Of a stretch of 64,000 nucleotides of DNA, positions 45,801 to 54,376 are shown piece by piece. Source of the DNA: Candidatus Saccharimonadales bacterium. Lineage in GTDB: Bacteria > Patescibacteriota > Saccharimonadia > Saccharimonadales > UBA4665. The translations under genes and the position numbers were made by a program. The first letter of the stretch is position 1, and every line of letters starts with the position of its first letter. A model generated the notes under the pieces. The model saw only the letters and a program-made list of their open reading frames with translations. It did no database searches and was not told the origin of the DNA. The stretch lies in the NCBI GenBank assembly GCA_038230895.1, contig JBBRMJ010000002.1, positions 12,531 to 76,530 of the forward strand, read 5' to 3'.

Positions 45801-47618
45801 TTATTCCTGCGACGTGACGCGCAGAATCTCCTCGATGGTGGTATTACCGCGTAGTGATTTGACGAAACCATCTAATTGCATGGTCAACATGTCTTCCTGA
45901 ATAGCGGTCTGTTCGATAGCCTCGCTGGCACTACTGCTGACAATCAACTTTTGAATCGCCGTCGAATTACTGAGGACTTCATAGATACCGAGTCGGCCTT
46001 TATAGCCATTATGCCCACAGCTATCGCAACCGTCATCATGAGCTTTCCAGAGGCGGGTAATGGTCGTGGCAGTGGAGCTCAACTGGTTGGTATCACTATC
46101 GGCTTTGACTTTGACGGCCTTGCCAACACCGTCTTTGAGAGCGATTTCTTCCAATTCGTGCATACGCTTAATACCGCCGTTTTGGTCTAAGTGGAAGCTT
46201 TTCTCCAATTGTTTAAGTGTGGCCGCGTCTGGCGCGTAGGGCTCCCGGCACTCGATGCACAAGCGGCGTACCAAACGTTGGGCAATGACAATCCGTACGG
46301 TGCTGGCTATGAGGAATGGCTCGACACCCATATCCAATAATCGCGGCAAGCACGTTGCAGCGTTACTGGTGTGTAGGGTACTAAAAACTAAGTGACCCGT
46401 GAGCGACGCTTGAATAGCCAAATCAGCTGTTTCACCATCGCGCACCTCACCAACCATGATAATGTTCGGGTCCTGTCGTAATAGAGCCCGCAGGCCATTC
46501 GTGAAGGTCATATTCGCCACTGGGTTTACCTGCACTTGATTGGCGCCGACAATGTGATATTCGACGGGGTCTTCAACGGTCGAGATGTTGACGTTGGGCG
46601 TGTTCAAATTGCTCAGAACACTGAACAGGGTAGTCGATTTTCCAGAACCAGTCGGGCCAGTGACCAAAATCATGCCATGCGGCTGGACAATAGCCTGCTG
46701 CATATCGGTCAATGCCTTGCCCCAGAAACCAAGTTCTATAAAATCTGCTGGCTTACTAGACTCGTTCAAAATACGCATAACAACTTTTTCACCGTCCAAA
46801 ATCGGTAGTGTAGAAACACGCAGGGCGTAGACTTGGCCACTGACTTCGACCTTGAACCGACCGTCTTGCGGTGCGCGCTTCTCATCTATCTTCAAGTTGC
46901 TGAGGATCTTGATTCGACTCACTAAGGCGCCCAGAAGTTTACGTGGCAATTTATTAGCCTCACGCAGCATGCCATCTATACGATAGCGAACGACGACGAA
47001 ACTTTCACGCGGCTCGATATGGATGTCACTGGCGCCAGCTTTGACACCGTACTCGATGATAATATTAACCGTCTGCGCGACGGGTGAATCTTCAGCTAAG
47101 TCATCTTCATCAACCTCTTCACTATCGTCTGCATCATCGTCGGTGGCAATGACCTTTGTCAGTTCGCTACTGATGTTGCCCCTATACTGATCAAGAGCTG
47201 CTTGTAGCAAACTAGTCGTGGTGATATGGACCTTGATGCCGGTGCCAAGCTGCTTCTGTAAGAAGTTCAGCGCCTGTATATCATCAGGATCCTGCATAGC
47301 CACAAGCTTGGTGTCTTTGTCACCAATATCGAAGACTACAGCATTGTACTGTCGGGCAATGCGTTCGGGTAAAAGCTTTAGCACATCGTGCTTAATCTCT
47401 TTGGCGTTCAATTCGACAAAGGGCACTTCGATCTCGTCGGCGTAGAGCTTGGTCAGGTCTTTTTCAGTGATCAGATTATTCTTGACGACCAAGTCTTGGA
47501 GCGGCTTCTTGTCGCTGGTTTCCTGCTGACGCAGGGTGGCCAACTGTTCCTTGGTGACTTTACCACCATCATTGAGGAGTTTCTCGACTAATGAATCGGG
47601 AATACGCATGCTAGGCAC
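45801..47618 (-). CDS. pilB: Type IV pilus assembly ATPase PilB (GspE family)
   Basis: N-terminal T2SSE_N-like repeats, Walker A GPTGSGKSTT, Asp box, Walker B IIMVGEVRD, His box TGHLVFSTLHT, tetracysteine motif (CIEC...CDSC). 605 aa. Confidence 0.95.
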   Translation of the reverse strand: MPSMRIPDSLVEKLLNDGGKVTKEQLATLRQQETSDKKPLQDLVVKNNLITEKDLTKLYADEIEVPFVELNAKEIKHDVLKLLPERIARQYNAVVFDIGDKDTKLVAMQDPDDIQALNFLQKQLGTGIKVHITTTSLLQAALDQYRGNISSELTKVIATDDDADDSEEVDEDDLAEDSPVAQTVNIIIEYGVKAGASDIHIEPRESFVVVRYRIDGMLREANKLPRKLLGALVSRIKILSNLKIDEKRAPQDGRFKVEVSGQVYALRVSTLPILDGEKVVMRILNESSKPADFIELGFWGKALTDMQQAIVQPHGMILVTGPTGSGKSTTLFSVLSNLNTPNVNISTVEDPVEYHIVGANQVQVNPVANMTFTNGLRALLRQDPNIIMVGEVRDGETADLAIQASLTGHLVFSTLHTSNAATCLPRLLDMGVEPFLIASTVRIVIAQRLVRRLCIECREPYAPDAATLKQLEKSFHLDQNGGIKRMHELEEIALKDGVGKAVKVKADSDTNQLSSTATTITRLWKAHDDGCDSCGHNGYKGRLGIYEVLSNSTAIQKLIVSSSASEAIEQTAIQEDMLTMQLDGFVKSLRGNTTIEEILRVTSQE

Positions 47619-47825
47619 TTCCTGGGATCAATTGGCCCAATTTTGGTTTTCTATGTTCACCCATCCTGGACACATTTTACCAGAATCACCGTAAAAGCGT
47701 TAGCATATCTAACGGAGATAAATCTTAACTTTTAATTAAAATTTTGCAAAATAGTCAATCAGAGTAAGCTGTAGCAATTTTAACCTGAAGCCACATTCGC
47801 TATAGTGCTAAAATAGAAGCACGAC

Positions 47826-47834
47826 CAACGACTA
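47826..47834 (+). promoter_or_regulatory. Candidate extended -10 promoter element for recA
   Basis: TGCTAAAAT (TG-n-TAAAAT) lies about 30 nt upstream of the recA start. The SD is GAGGAG. I saw no LexA/Cheo-type palindrome nearby. Confidence 0.45.
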
Positions 47835-47861
47835 CCACGGTGCCGTTTAAACAGAGGAGAT

Positions 47862-48902
47862 GTGATGGCTAAAGCGACCAAAGTACCCAAAGAAATGACT
47901 GATAGCGCCACGACCGGCAAAGCCAAGGCACTCGACCTGGCCATGGAGACTATTGAGAAGCAATTCGGCAAAGGCGCCATTATGAAAATGGGTGATTCAC
48001 ACACTGTCGCTGTCGAATGTATTCCAACCGGTAGTCTGTCACTTGATATAGCGCTTGGCGGTGGTATTCCGAAAGGACGTGTTATCGAAGTTTATGGACC
48101 TGAATCATCCGGTAAAACCACGCTGACACTACACGCCATCGCCGAAGTGCAGCGCAATGGTGGCACTGCCGCGTTCATTGACGCCGAGCACGCCCTCGAC
48201 CCAGCCTATGCGAAACGTATTGGTGTCGACGTTGAGAACCTATTACTCAGCCAACCAGATAATGGTGAACAAGCCCTGGAAATCGTTGAAACTTTGGTAC
48301 GTTCTAACGCCGTCGATTTGATTGTCGTTGACTCCGTGGCCGCGCTGGTCCCGCGTGCCGAGATTGAAGGTGACATGGGCGACAGCCATATGGGTCTACA
48401 AGCCCGTTTAATGAGTCAGGCACTTCGCAAATTGACCGGAGTTATTTCTCGTTCCAAAGCCACCGTCATCTTTATCAACCAGATCCGTATGAAGATCGGC
48501 GTCATGTTCGGTAACCCCGAAACCACCACCGGTGGTAATGCCCTCAAATTCTACGCCTCTGTGCGCATGGACATCCGTCGTATTGGTCAGATTAAACAGG
48601 GCGACAGTGTCATTGGCAACCGCACGCGCGTGAAAGTCGTCAAAAACAAGATTGCGCCGCCATTCCGCGAAGCTGAATTCGACATCATGTACAACCAGGG
48701 CATTAGTGCCAGTGGTGACATTCTCGACCTCGCTTCTGCTCGCGATATTGTTGAAAAAGCCGGCGCCTGGTTCGCCTACAATGACGAGAAAATCGGCCAG
48801 GGCCGGGAAGCCGCCAAGCAATATCTCCAAGACAATCCCAAAGTAATGGCCGAAATCGCCGCTAAAGTCCGTGCCGCCGAAGTCGTCGCTGCGAAGGAGT
48901 AA
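47862..48902 (+). CDS. recA: Recombinase RecA
   Basis: [23 protein letters not shown], Walker [10 protein letters not shown], the L1/L2 loop regions, [33 protein letters not shown]. The start is GTG 47862 or ATG 47865. Confidence 0.98.
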   Translation: MMAKATKVPKEMTDSATTGKAKALDLAMETIEKQFGKGAIMKMGDSHTVAVECIPTGSLSLDIALGGGIPKGRVIEVYGPESSGKTTLTLHAIAEVQRNGGTAAFIDAEHALDPAYAKRIGVDVENLLLSQPDNGEQALEIVETLVRSNAVDLIVVDSVAALVPRAEIEGDMGDSHMGLQARLMSQALRKLTGVISRSKATVIFINQIRMKIGVMFGNPETTTGGNALKFYASVRMDIRRIGQIKQGDSVIGNRTRVKVVKNKIAPPFREAEFDIMYNQGISASGDILDLASARDIVEKAGAWFAYNDEKIGQGREAAKQYLQDNPKVMAEIAAKVRAAEVVAAKE

Positions 48903-48903
48903 C

Positions 48904-49131
48904 ATGCCAGAATTAGAATTTTTAGATCGAAGTGGGCTCAAGTGGCGGTCAATACCGGATCTTTTTGACGGCACCCACATTTTAGTTAATGTAGATGATG
49001 GTGAGGCTGTTTCTGTCCCGCCGAGACAAGATGGTGACAACGGCCAAGCAAATGATCGTGAGCCGCGTAAACCAATCAACCCTTCGAATATTGGTAGTGC
49101 CGCCCTTGTCGCTGAGATAGCACAGGAGTAA
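48904..49131 (+). CDS. Small hypothetical acidic protein between recA and recX
   Basis: 75 aa from the ATG at 48904 (MPELEFLDRSGLKW...), starting 1 nt after the recA stop. No motif. Coding status is uncertain. Confidence 0.3.
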   Translation: MPELEFLDRSGLKWRSIPDLFDGTHILVNVDDGEAVSVPPRQDGDNGQANDREPRKPINPSNIGSAALVAEIAQE

Positions 49132-49148
49132 CCCCTGAAGCACCTGCT

Positions 49149-49757
49149 ATGAACGTTACAGCTATCAAACAGCAGGTGAAGCGGGCAGGGCGGTATTCAA
49201 TATTTGTGGATGGAAAGTATAGCTTTAGTCTGAGTGCTGACGCTTTGCTGGATAGTAAAGTGGTGATAGGGTTGGAGGTCGATGAGAAGGCCATCAGGGA
49301 ATTCAAGCAGCTATCTGATGACGATAAGCTTTACAATAATGTGCTTGGCTACCTGGCCATACGGCCACGCTCGCACTGGGAAATTGAAAGTTATCTACTA
49401 CGGAAAAAGGCCTCCCCTCCCCTGTCTGTTTCAATACTTAACAAGTTAAGTAATAATGATTTAATCAATGACCAAAAGTTCGCCCAGGCCTTTGTGAATG
49501 ACCGCCGCCTGCTCAAGCCTACTTCCCGTCGTAAGCTCAATTTGGAATTACGCCAAAAACGAGTTTCTACTGAGGTCATTGACCTGGTGCTCGCAGGTGA
49601 CGAAGTGCCTGACAGTGACGTGTTGCGCGAGCTTATTACCCGCAAACGTCGGCAGACGAAATACCAAGATGACCTGAAGCTCATGCAATATTTAGCCCGT
49701 CAGGGCTTCAACTACGGTGACATTAAAGACGCTTTAGGAAGCACTGATGTAGATTAG
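49149..49757 (+). CDS. recX: RecA regulator RecX
   Basis: 202 aa. The position after recA fits. It has a repeated three-helix pattern (..YLARRPRS..E...L..KG-like: LGYLAIRPRSHWEIESYLLRKKA; QKFAQAFVNDR; LMQYLARQGFNYGDIKDAL). Confidence 0.8.
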   Translation: MNVTAIKQQVKRAGRYSIFVDGKYSFSLSADALLDSKVVIGLEVDEKAIREFKQLSDDDKLYNNVLGYLAIRPRSHWEIESYLLRKKASPPLSVSILNKLSNNDLINDQKFAQAFVNDRRLLKPTSRRKLNLELRQKRVSTEVIDLVLAGDEVPDSDVLRELITRKRRQTKYQDDLKLMQYLARQGFNYGDIKDALGSTDVD

Positions 49758-50269
49758 GCGGCAGCGGGGGCAGTTGCCGGTGCGGTTTTCAGTAAATCGT
49801 TGATAATGAGGCGTTTCGGCGTCACTTCGTTGACTTGGGAACGGTCAACACTGAGACTGCCGCCGGTCAGGCTCTTCATAAGCGACTGTGCCACGTATAT
49901 TTTCTGAATAAGCATGGTCTCGGTCTCGGTGGCATAGTCACTCACCTTGCCTATTCGCTGTTTGCTGGTGGTGACGACTTGTTTGCCGATGAGCTCAAAG
50001 TCCAAGTCCAGCACTTCCTTTAATCGAACTAACTCTCCAGGTTCGACGAGCACGTCATGGTCATTCACGACATAGCCCTGGGGCAAGAGATCGCGGATAT
50101 CTTGATACAGCAGCACCAAGAGCTGCTTATTGAAGCGATCCTGACAGTAAAAGCCCTCAATCTTCAAGTTGTTGGGGTTGATGATGGGGCCCACGATACT
50201 AGCGATAGCACTACCTGTACGGAGTGACATGACAGACTTATTCAAAAGGCTATTGCTGAGTTGGAGCAT
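49754..50269 (-). CDS. PRC-barrel-like domain protein (two repeats)
   Basis: LLNKSVMSLRTGSAIASIVGPIINPNNLKIEGFYCQD and LIGKQVVTTSKQRIGKVSDYATETETMLIQKIYV resemble PRC-barrel strands. 171 aa. Confidence 0.45.
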   Translation of the reverse strand: MLQLSNSLLNKSVMSLRTGSAIASIVGPIINPNNLKIEGFYCQDRFNKQLLVLLYQDIRDLLPQGYVVNDHDVLVEPGELVRLKEVLDLDFELIGKQVVTTSKQRIGKVSDYATETETMLIQKIYVAQSLMKSLTGGSLSVDRSQVNEVTPKRLIINDLLKTAPATAPAAA

Positions 50270-50404
50270 AGCTCTAGTATAGCGCCTCAGCAGGAAGTCG
50301 CTCGGGAATCGACACAGTTAATATTAACTAATTTAATGTTTCAGACAGATTCAAAGCGCTGCTGCTTGCTAAGGTCCCACACGGCTGGCAAAATTCGATT
50401 CACT

Positions 50405-51874
50405 ATGCGGCGGATACAGCAACTAATACTGGCAACGATGGCACTGCTTTTCGGCCTGGCAGGCCTCGGCTCTCTCAGGGCCGTCGGCGCTGATACGGCT
50501 AATGCTCCCTCCCTCGTCATTAGCCAATTGAAGATCACCAGCAGCAATGGCCAGTTCGTGACGCTGTACAACGGCGGCGAGACGACACTGGACATGAGCA
50601 AATACCAACTGGAGTACTTCAACAGCTACGACCTTACCAAAGCCAGTAGTAGTCGACTGATTCCCCTCACCGGTGCTGTGCCGCCGCATGGATATTTTAT
50701 GGTGAGTGACGGTGAGTTGCAGCTGTGTTATCAGATGGCGGTGGATTCGGTATCATTAGGCTTTTCCTCCACAGCTGGTTTGATTGAAGTGCTTGGCTTC
50801 AATCAGAATGGCCCAGGCGGTTCGGTGAGCCCGACCTTGCAGGACTATGTTGGCTGGTCCAAGTCGGCTGCAACAGGTGCGCAGACCTTGCCGGCAAACA
50901 CCTCGGCTTTCCTGCAGCGTCTCCCAGTCAATGCCCAGAATAATCCGGCTATTAACGTTGCGGGCAGTGGCAATTGGCAGGCCGTTCAGTATGAGGCTGC
51001 TAGCTCATGTAAGCTCGTAACCGTGACAACTCCAGCTACGACTGTTTTGACGGGGTTAAATCAATTGTTGCCGCCCAGTCAGCCCCCAGCGATTATTCTC
51101 CCAAACTTTACATCGACTGACGTAACGGCAAGCCTGCCTGACGCAGATATCGGGCTGATCGCACCGCAAATCACAGAGATTTTACCCAATCCACTCGGCA
51201 CAGGCAATGATGCGAGCGACGAATTTATCGAGCTCTACAATGCCAATACGGTGGCGTTTGATCTGACAGGCTTCACCCTTCAAACCGGTTTGACGAGTTT
51301 GCATACCTATACTTTCCCCAGCGGTACAAGCCTACCACCCCTGAGTTTTACGGCTTTTTACTCAAAGTCGACTGGTCTGAGTATGAGCAATACGAGTGGA
51401 CAAGTAGCACTGCTCGACCCCGCCGATACCGTGTTGTCGATTACAGTGGCCTATGCCACCGCTGCCGATGGGGTTTCCTGGAACCTTGCCAATGGCGGTT
51501 GGTTTTGGACCACAACGCTGACGCCAGGCGCGACGAATGTTATCGTTCCACCATCGACCAAGAAAGCGGTTACCAAGAGCACGATAGCCAAGACGACAAA
51601 AACAACAAAGACGACGAAGACTGCAAAGACGACCAGCGCGAAAACCAAGTTGGCCACTACCAAAACCGCTGGGACGACGACCGCAGCCTATAAATCGGTG
51701 CCAGATAGCGCTGTCGTCACTCCAATTCATCCCTGGACGCTTGCTCTGGTCGCCATCGCCGCGCTACTATACGGAGCATATGAGTACCGCACAGATTTGG
51801 CGAACCGCCTCTACCGATTTAGAAAGCACCTTGGCGCTCGCCGCCGGCATCGGGTCGAAACTCCGCGGCGGTGA
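50405..51874 (+). CDS. Secreted, C-terminally anchored protein with two lamin-tail (LTD) domains and a Lys/Thr-rich repeat stalk
   Basis: Signal MRRIQQLILATMALLFGLAGLGSLRAVGA. The two LTD patterns are LVISQLKITSSNGQFVTLYNGGETTLDMSKYQLEY and ITEILPNPLGTGNDASDEFIELYNANTVAFDLTGFTLQ. These are followed by a K/T repeat, the TM segment WTLALVAIAALLYGAY and a basic tail. The track start at 50261 (TTG) was rejected. Confidence 0.75.
   Translation: MRRIQQLILATMALLFGLAGLGSLRAVGADTANAPSLVISQLKITSSNGQFVTLYNGGETTLDMSKYQLEYFNSYDLTKASSSRLIPLTGAVPPHGYFMVSDGELQLCYQMAVDSVSLGFSSTAGLIEVLGFNQNGPGGSVSPTLQDYVGWSKSAATGAQTLPANTSAFLQRLPVNAQNNPAINVAGSGNWQAVQYEAASSCKLVTVTTPATTVLTGLNQLLPPSQPPAIILPNFTSTDVTASLPDADIGLIAPQITEILPNPLGTGNDASDEFIELYNANTVAFDLTGFTLQTGLTSLHTYTFPSGTSLPPLSFTAFYSKSTGLSMSNTSGQVALLDPADTVLSITVAYATAADGVSWNLANGGWFWTTTLTPGATNVIVPPSTKKAVTKSTIAKTTKTTKTTKTAKTTSAKTKLATTKTAGTTTAAYKSVPDSAVVTPIHPWTLALVAIAALLYGAYEYRTDLANRLYRFRKHLGARRRHRVETPRR
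51557..51672 (+). repeat. Low-complexity Lys/Thr-rich coding repeat (TKKAVTKSTIAKTTKTTKTTKTAKTTSAKTKLATTKTAG)
   Basis: Imperfect ACN-AAR iterations are visible in the nucleotide sequence inside the LTD gene. Confidence 0.6.
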
Positions 51875-52247
51875 GGTTATCGAGCTCGTCAGTGATTTGG
51901 GTGGTGGCAAGACAGCGTTTGTCCGTGGCTTAGCCAAGGGCTTGGGCAGTCTGGACCAGGTCCGGAGTCCGAGTTTCACAATCAGCAATCAGTACCGTGC
52001 CAATACGTTGACGCTTTATCACTTTGATTTCTATCGTCTGAGCGAGCCAGGTATTATGCGCCAAGAATTGAATGAAATCATTGAAGACCCACAGGCAGTG
52101 GTAGCAGTGGAATGGGCTGAGATTGTCGAATCTGTCTTGCCGACCGACCGACTGACTGTCTCGATTAAAGCGACGGGAGAGAATAGTCGTGAATTTAGTA
52201 TTGAATACCCAGAGAAATTGTCATACCTCCTCCCTGCTAACACTTAA
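51780..52247 (+). CDS. tsaE: t6A biosynthesis ATPase TsaE (YjeE)
   Basis: From the ATG at 51780: MSTAQIWRTASTDLESTLALAAGIGSKLRGGEVIELVSDLGGGKTAFVRGLAKGLG (P-loop G.LG.GKT), then SPSFTI...YHFDFYRL and VEW. The start overlaps the LTD gene 3' end by 95 nt in another frame. Confidence 0.85.
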   Translation: MSTAQIWRTASTDLESTLALAAGIGSKLRGGEVIELVSDLGGGKTAFVRGLAKGLGSLDQVRSPSFTISNQYRANTLTLYHFDFYRLSEPGIMRQELNEIIEDPQAVVAVEWAEIVESVLPTDRLTVSIKATGENSREFSIEYPEKLSYLLPANT

Positions 52248-52259
52248 CATGTTAAGAAT

Positions 52260-52652
52260 ATGCTAATACTAACTATCCGCACCGACAAACCAGAAGCCGA
52301 ACTCGGACTCTACCAAGATGATACGCGTTTGGCCTACACTGCTTGGGCTGCGCATCGTGAATTAGCTGAAACGATTCAGGATCGGGTCGAAAAACTACTC
52401 AAAGAACAATCCAAACAGCTAGCCGATATACAGGGAATTGTGGCCTATCAGGGGCCGGGCAGTTTCACTGGTCTACGTATTGGTCTAACTGTTGCCAACG
52501 CCTTAGCCTATAGTTTGCAAGTGCCCATTGTCGCTACTGGCAGTCCCGACTGGATCAAATTCGGCCAACAACGTTTGGCCAGTGGCCAGACTGATACCAT
52601 CGCCATGCCGGAGTACGGTTCCGAACCGAACATCACCCTGCCCCGCAAATAG
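52260..52652 (+). CDS. tsaB: t6A biosynthesis protein TsaB (short form)
   Basis: MLILTIRTDKPEAELGLY, then GPGSFTGLRIGLTVANALAYSL, the TsaB/YeaZ signature. Only 130 aa. Confidence 0.8.
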   Translation: MLILTIRTDKPEAELGLYQDDTRLAYTAWAAHRELAETIQDRVEKLLKEQSKQLADIQGIVAYQGPGSFTGLRIGLTVANALAYSLQVPIVATGSPDWIKFGQQRLASGQTDTIAMPEYGSEPNITLPRK

Positions 52653-52862
52653 TGACATAACGTTTGAAATCATTGTTGACATATAAGTTGACCGACCGCG
52701 AGTCAGAAGCGTATATTTAAGACAGGATTGTATCGTTTGAGAGACGCTATAACTCCACATTTGCTCAATTTATCCATTTAATACGACATTCAGATAGTTG
52801 ATACGGCTAGAGAAGTGATAGCGATTGCCGCTGAAGCTATCTGCAGATAGAAAGGACCGATT

Positions 52863-54371
52863 ATGTTACCAGTACTACTGGCTATAGTAGGGCTGATTGT
52901 TGGTGGTGGTGCCGCGACAGTTGTGACCCAGAAACGTCAAGGCTCTGCCGAAGAGCAGGCCAAAAAGGAGCTCGAGAAGGCCAAGCGTGAAGCTACCAAA
53001 CTGATCGAACAGGCCCGCGAAGACGCCAATAAGCTCGTCGAAGAAACTCGCCGTGACGAACAGTCTCGACGCCGTGAAGTGAAAGATCTGGAACAACGCC
53101 TCGTCAACCGTGAAGAAAGTCTCGACAAGAAGCTTGACGATCTCGACAAGCGCAGTGAAAACCTTCGCAAAAGTGAAGATGAGCTCGATGATCTGAAGAA
53201 TGAGATCCGTGATATTCGTGGCAAGCAACAGGAGAAGCTGGAGAAGATTGCCAAACTGACCAAGGAAGATGCGGCCAAGAAATTGACCGAGATGACCGAG
53301 CGTGACATCCGGCAGGATTTGGTTGGACTGGTTAATAAATTGCAGAACGAAGCCAAAGAAAATGCTGAGGAGCAAGCCGCACTGATCATTACAACTGCCA
53401 TGGAGCGCATGGCCAGTGAAGTTACCGCTGAACGTACCCTGACCAGCATGAAGCTGGAAGACGAAGAGATGAAGGGTCGTATCATCGGTAAGGAAGGTCG
53501 CAATATCCAGGCCTTACAGCGCGCTACTGGTGTCGACATCATGGTTGATGACACCCCCGGTTACGTAGTCTTTAGTAGCTTTGACCCCATCCGCCGCGAA
53601 GTCGCCCGCCAAACTTTAGAGATGTTAATGAAGGATGGTCGTATCCACCCGGGCCGCATCGAAGAAGTTGTCGAGAAAGCCCAGAAGAATGTCGAGAAAG
53701 ACGTCGTGCGTGCTGGTGAAGACGCTGCTCGAGAAGTCGGTGTCATCGGCATTCCGAAAGAAGTATTGCAATTACTCGGTGAGCTAAAATATCGCACCAG
53801 TTACGGGCAGAACGTCCTTAAACACAGCACTGAAATGGCTCACTTGGCCGGCATGATGGCCGAGGAACTCGGCGCCAACGTCACGATTACGAAATACGCC
53901 GCTTTGGTTCACGACCTTGGTAAAGCCTTGACCCATAAGATGGAAGGTAAGCACCACCACATCTCAGGTGAAATGTTGCGCAAGTACGGTGCGCCTGAAG
54001 AAGTCGCACTGGCTGCTGAACAGCACCACGACGATGTCGATGCCACTAGCGTCGAAGCGCTGATTGTTCGTACCGTCGACGCCATCAGTGCGTCCCGACC
54101 TGGAGCGCGCAATATCTCGGCTGAGAACTTTGGCGAGCGTATGAAGGAACTGGAAAACGTCGCCAACAGCTTTAATGGCATCGAGAAATCTTACGCCATT
54201 AGCGCCGGCCGCGAAGTCCGGGTCTTCGTCAAACCACAAGCTATCGATGACCTCAGCGCCATCAAGCTAGCTCGCGACATCGCCACCAAGATCGAGTCGA
54301 CGATGCAGTACCCCGGTACCATCAAAGTCAACGTCATCCGCGAAACCCGCGCCATCGAATTCGCCAAGTAG
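52863..54371 (+). CDS. rny: Ribonuclease Y
   Basis: N-terminal TM segment, a long charged coiled coil, KH domain (GRIIGKEGRNIQALQ), HD domain (HDLGK...HH). 502 aa. Preceded by a 210 nt intergenic leader. Confidence 0.96.
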   Translation: MLPVLLAIVGLIVGGGAATVVTQKRQGSAEEQAKKELEKAKREATKLIEQAREDANKLVEETRRDEQSRRREVKDLEQRLVNREESLDKKLDDLDKRSENLRKSEDELDDLKNEIRDIRGKQQEKLEKIAKLTKEDAAKKLTEMTERDIRQDLVGLVNKLQNEAKENAEEQAALIITTAMERMASEVTAERTLTSMKLEDEEMKGRIIGKEGRNIQALQRATGVDIMVDDTPGYVVFSSFDPIRREVARQTLEMLMKDGRIHPGRIEEVVEKAQKNVEKDVVRAGEDAAREVGVIGIPKEVLQLLGELKYRTSYGQNVLKHSTEMAHLAGMMAEELGANVTITKYAALVHDLGKALTHKMEGKHHHISGEMLRKYGAPEEVALAAEQHHDDVDATSVEALIVRTVDAISASRPGARNISAENFGERMKELENVANSFNGIEKSYAISAGREVRVFVKPQAIDDLSAIKLARDIATKIESTMQYPGTIKVNVIRETRAIEFAK

Positions 54372-54376
54372 CCACC

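Noticed and set aside
47400-47618. PilB N-terminus as an MshEN-type c-di-GMP receptor, which would link it to the GGDEF gene
   Set aside because: The N-terminal segments (RIPDSLVEKLLNDGGKVTKEQLATLRQQ; PLQDLVVKNNLITEKDLTKLY) only loosely follow RLGxx[LVI][LVI]xxG[LVI][LVI]xxxxLxxxLxxQ. The key Gly is displaced or absent, so this is not supportable by eye.
48408-49079. 223 aa minus-strand ORF overlapping the recA 3' half
   Set aside because: It is antisense to a near-canonical RecA and has no recognisable motif. It is a shadow ORF.
51557-51672. Short periodic nucleotide repeat considered as a CRISPR-like or tandem non-coding repeat
   Set aside because: It lies in-frame inside the LTD gene and encodes a Lys/Thr-rich stalk. 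The units are 6-9 nt and imperfect, so it is not a CRISPR array.
52875-53554. Two long minus-strand ORFs (166 aa and 205 aa) inside rny
   Set aside because: They mirror the Glu/Lys/Arg-rich coiled-coil region of RNase Y. The translations are Ser/Leu/Phe low-complexity sequence, an artefact of biased codon content.
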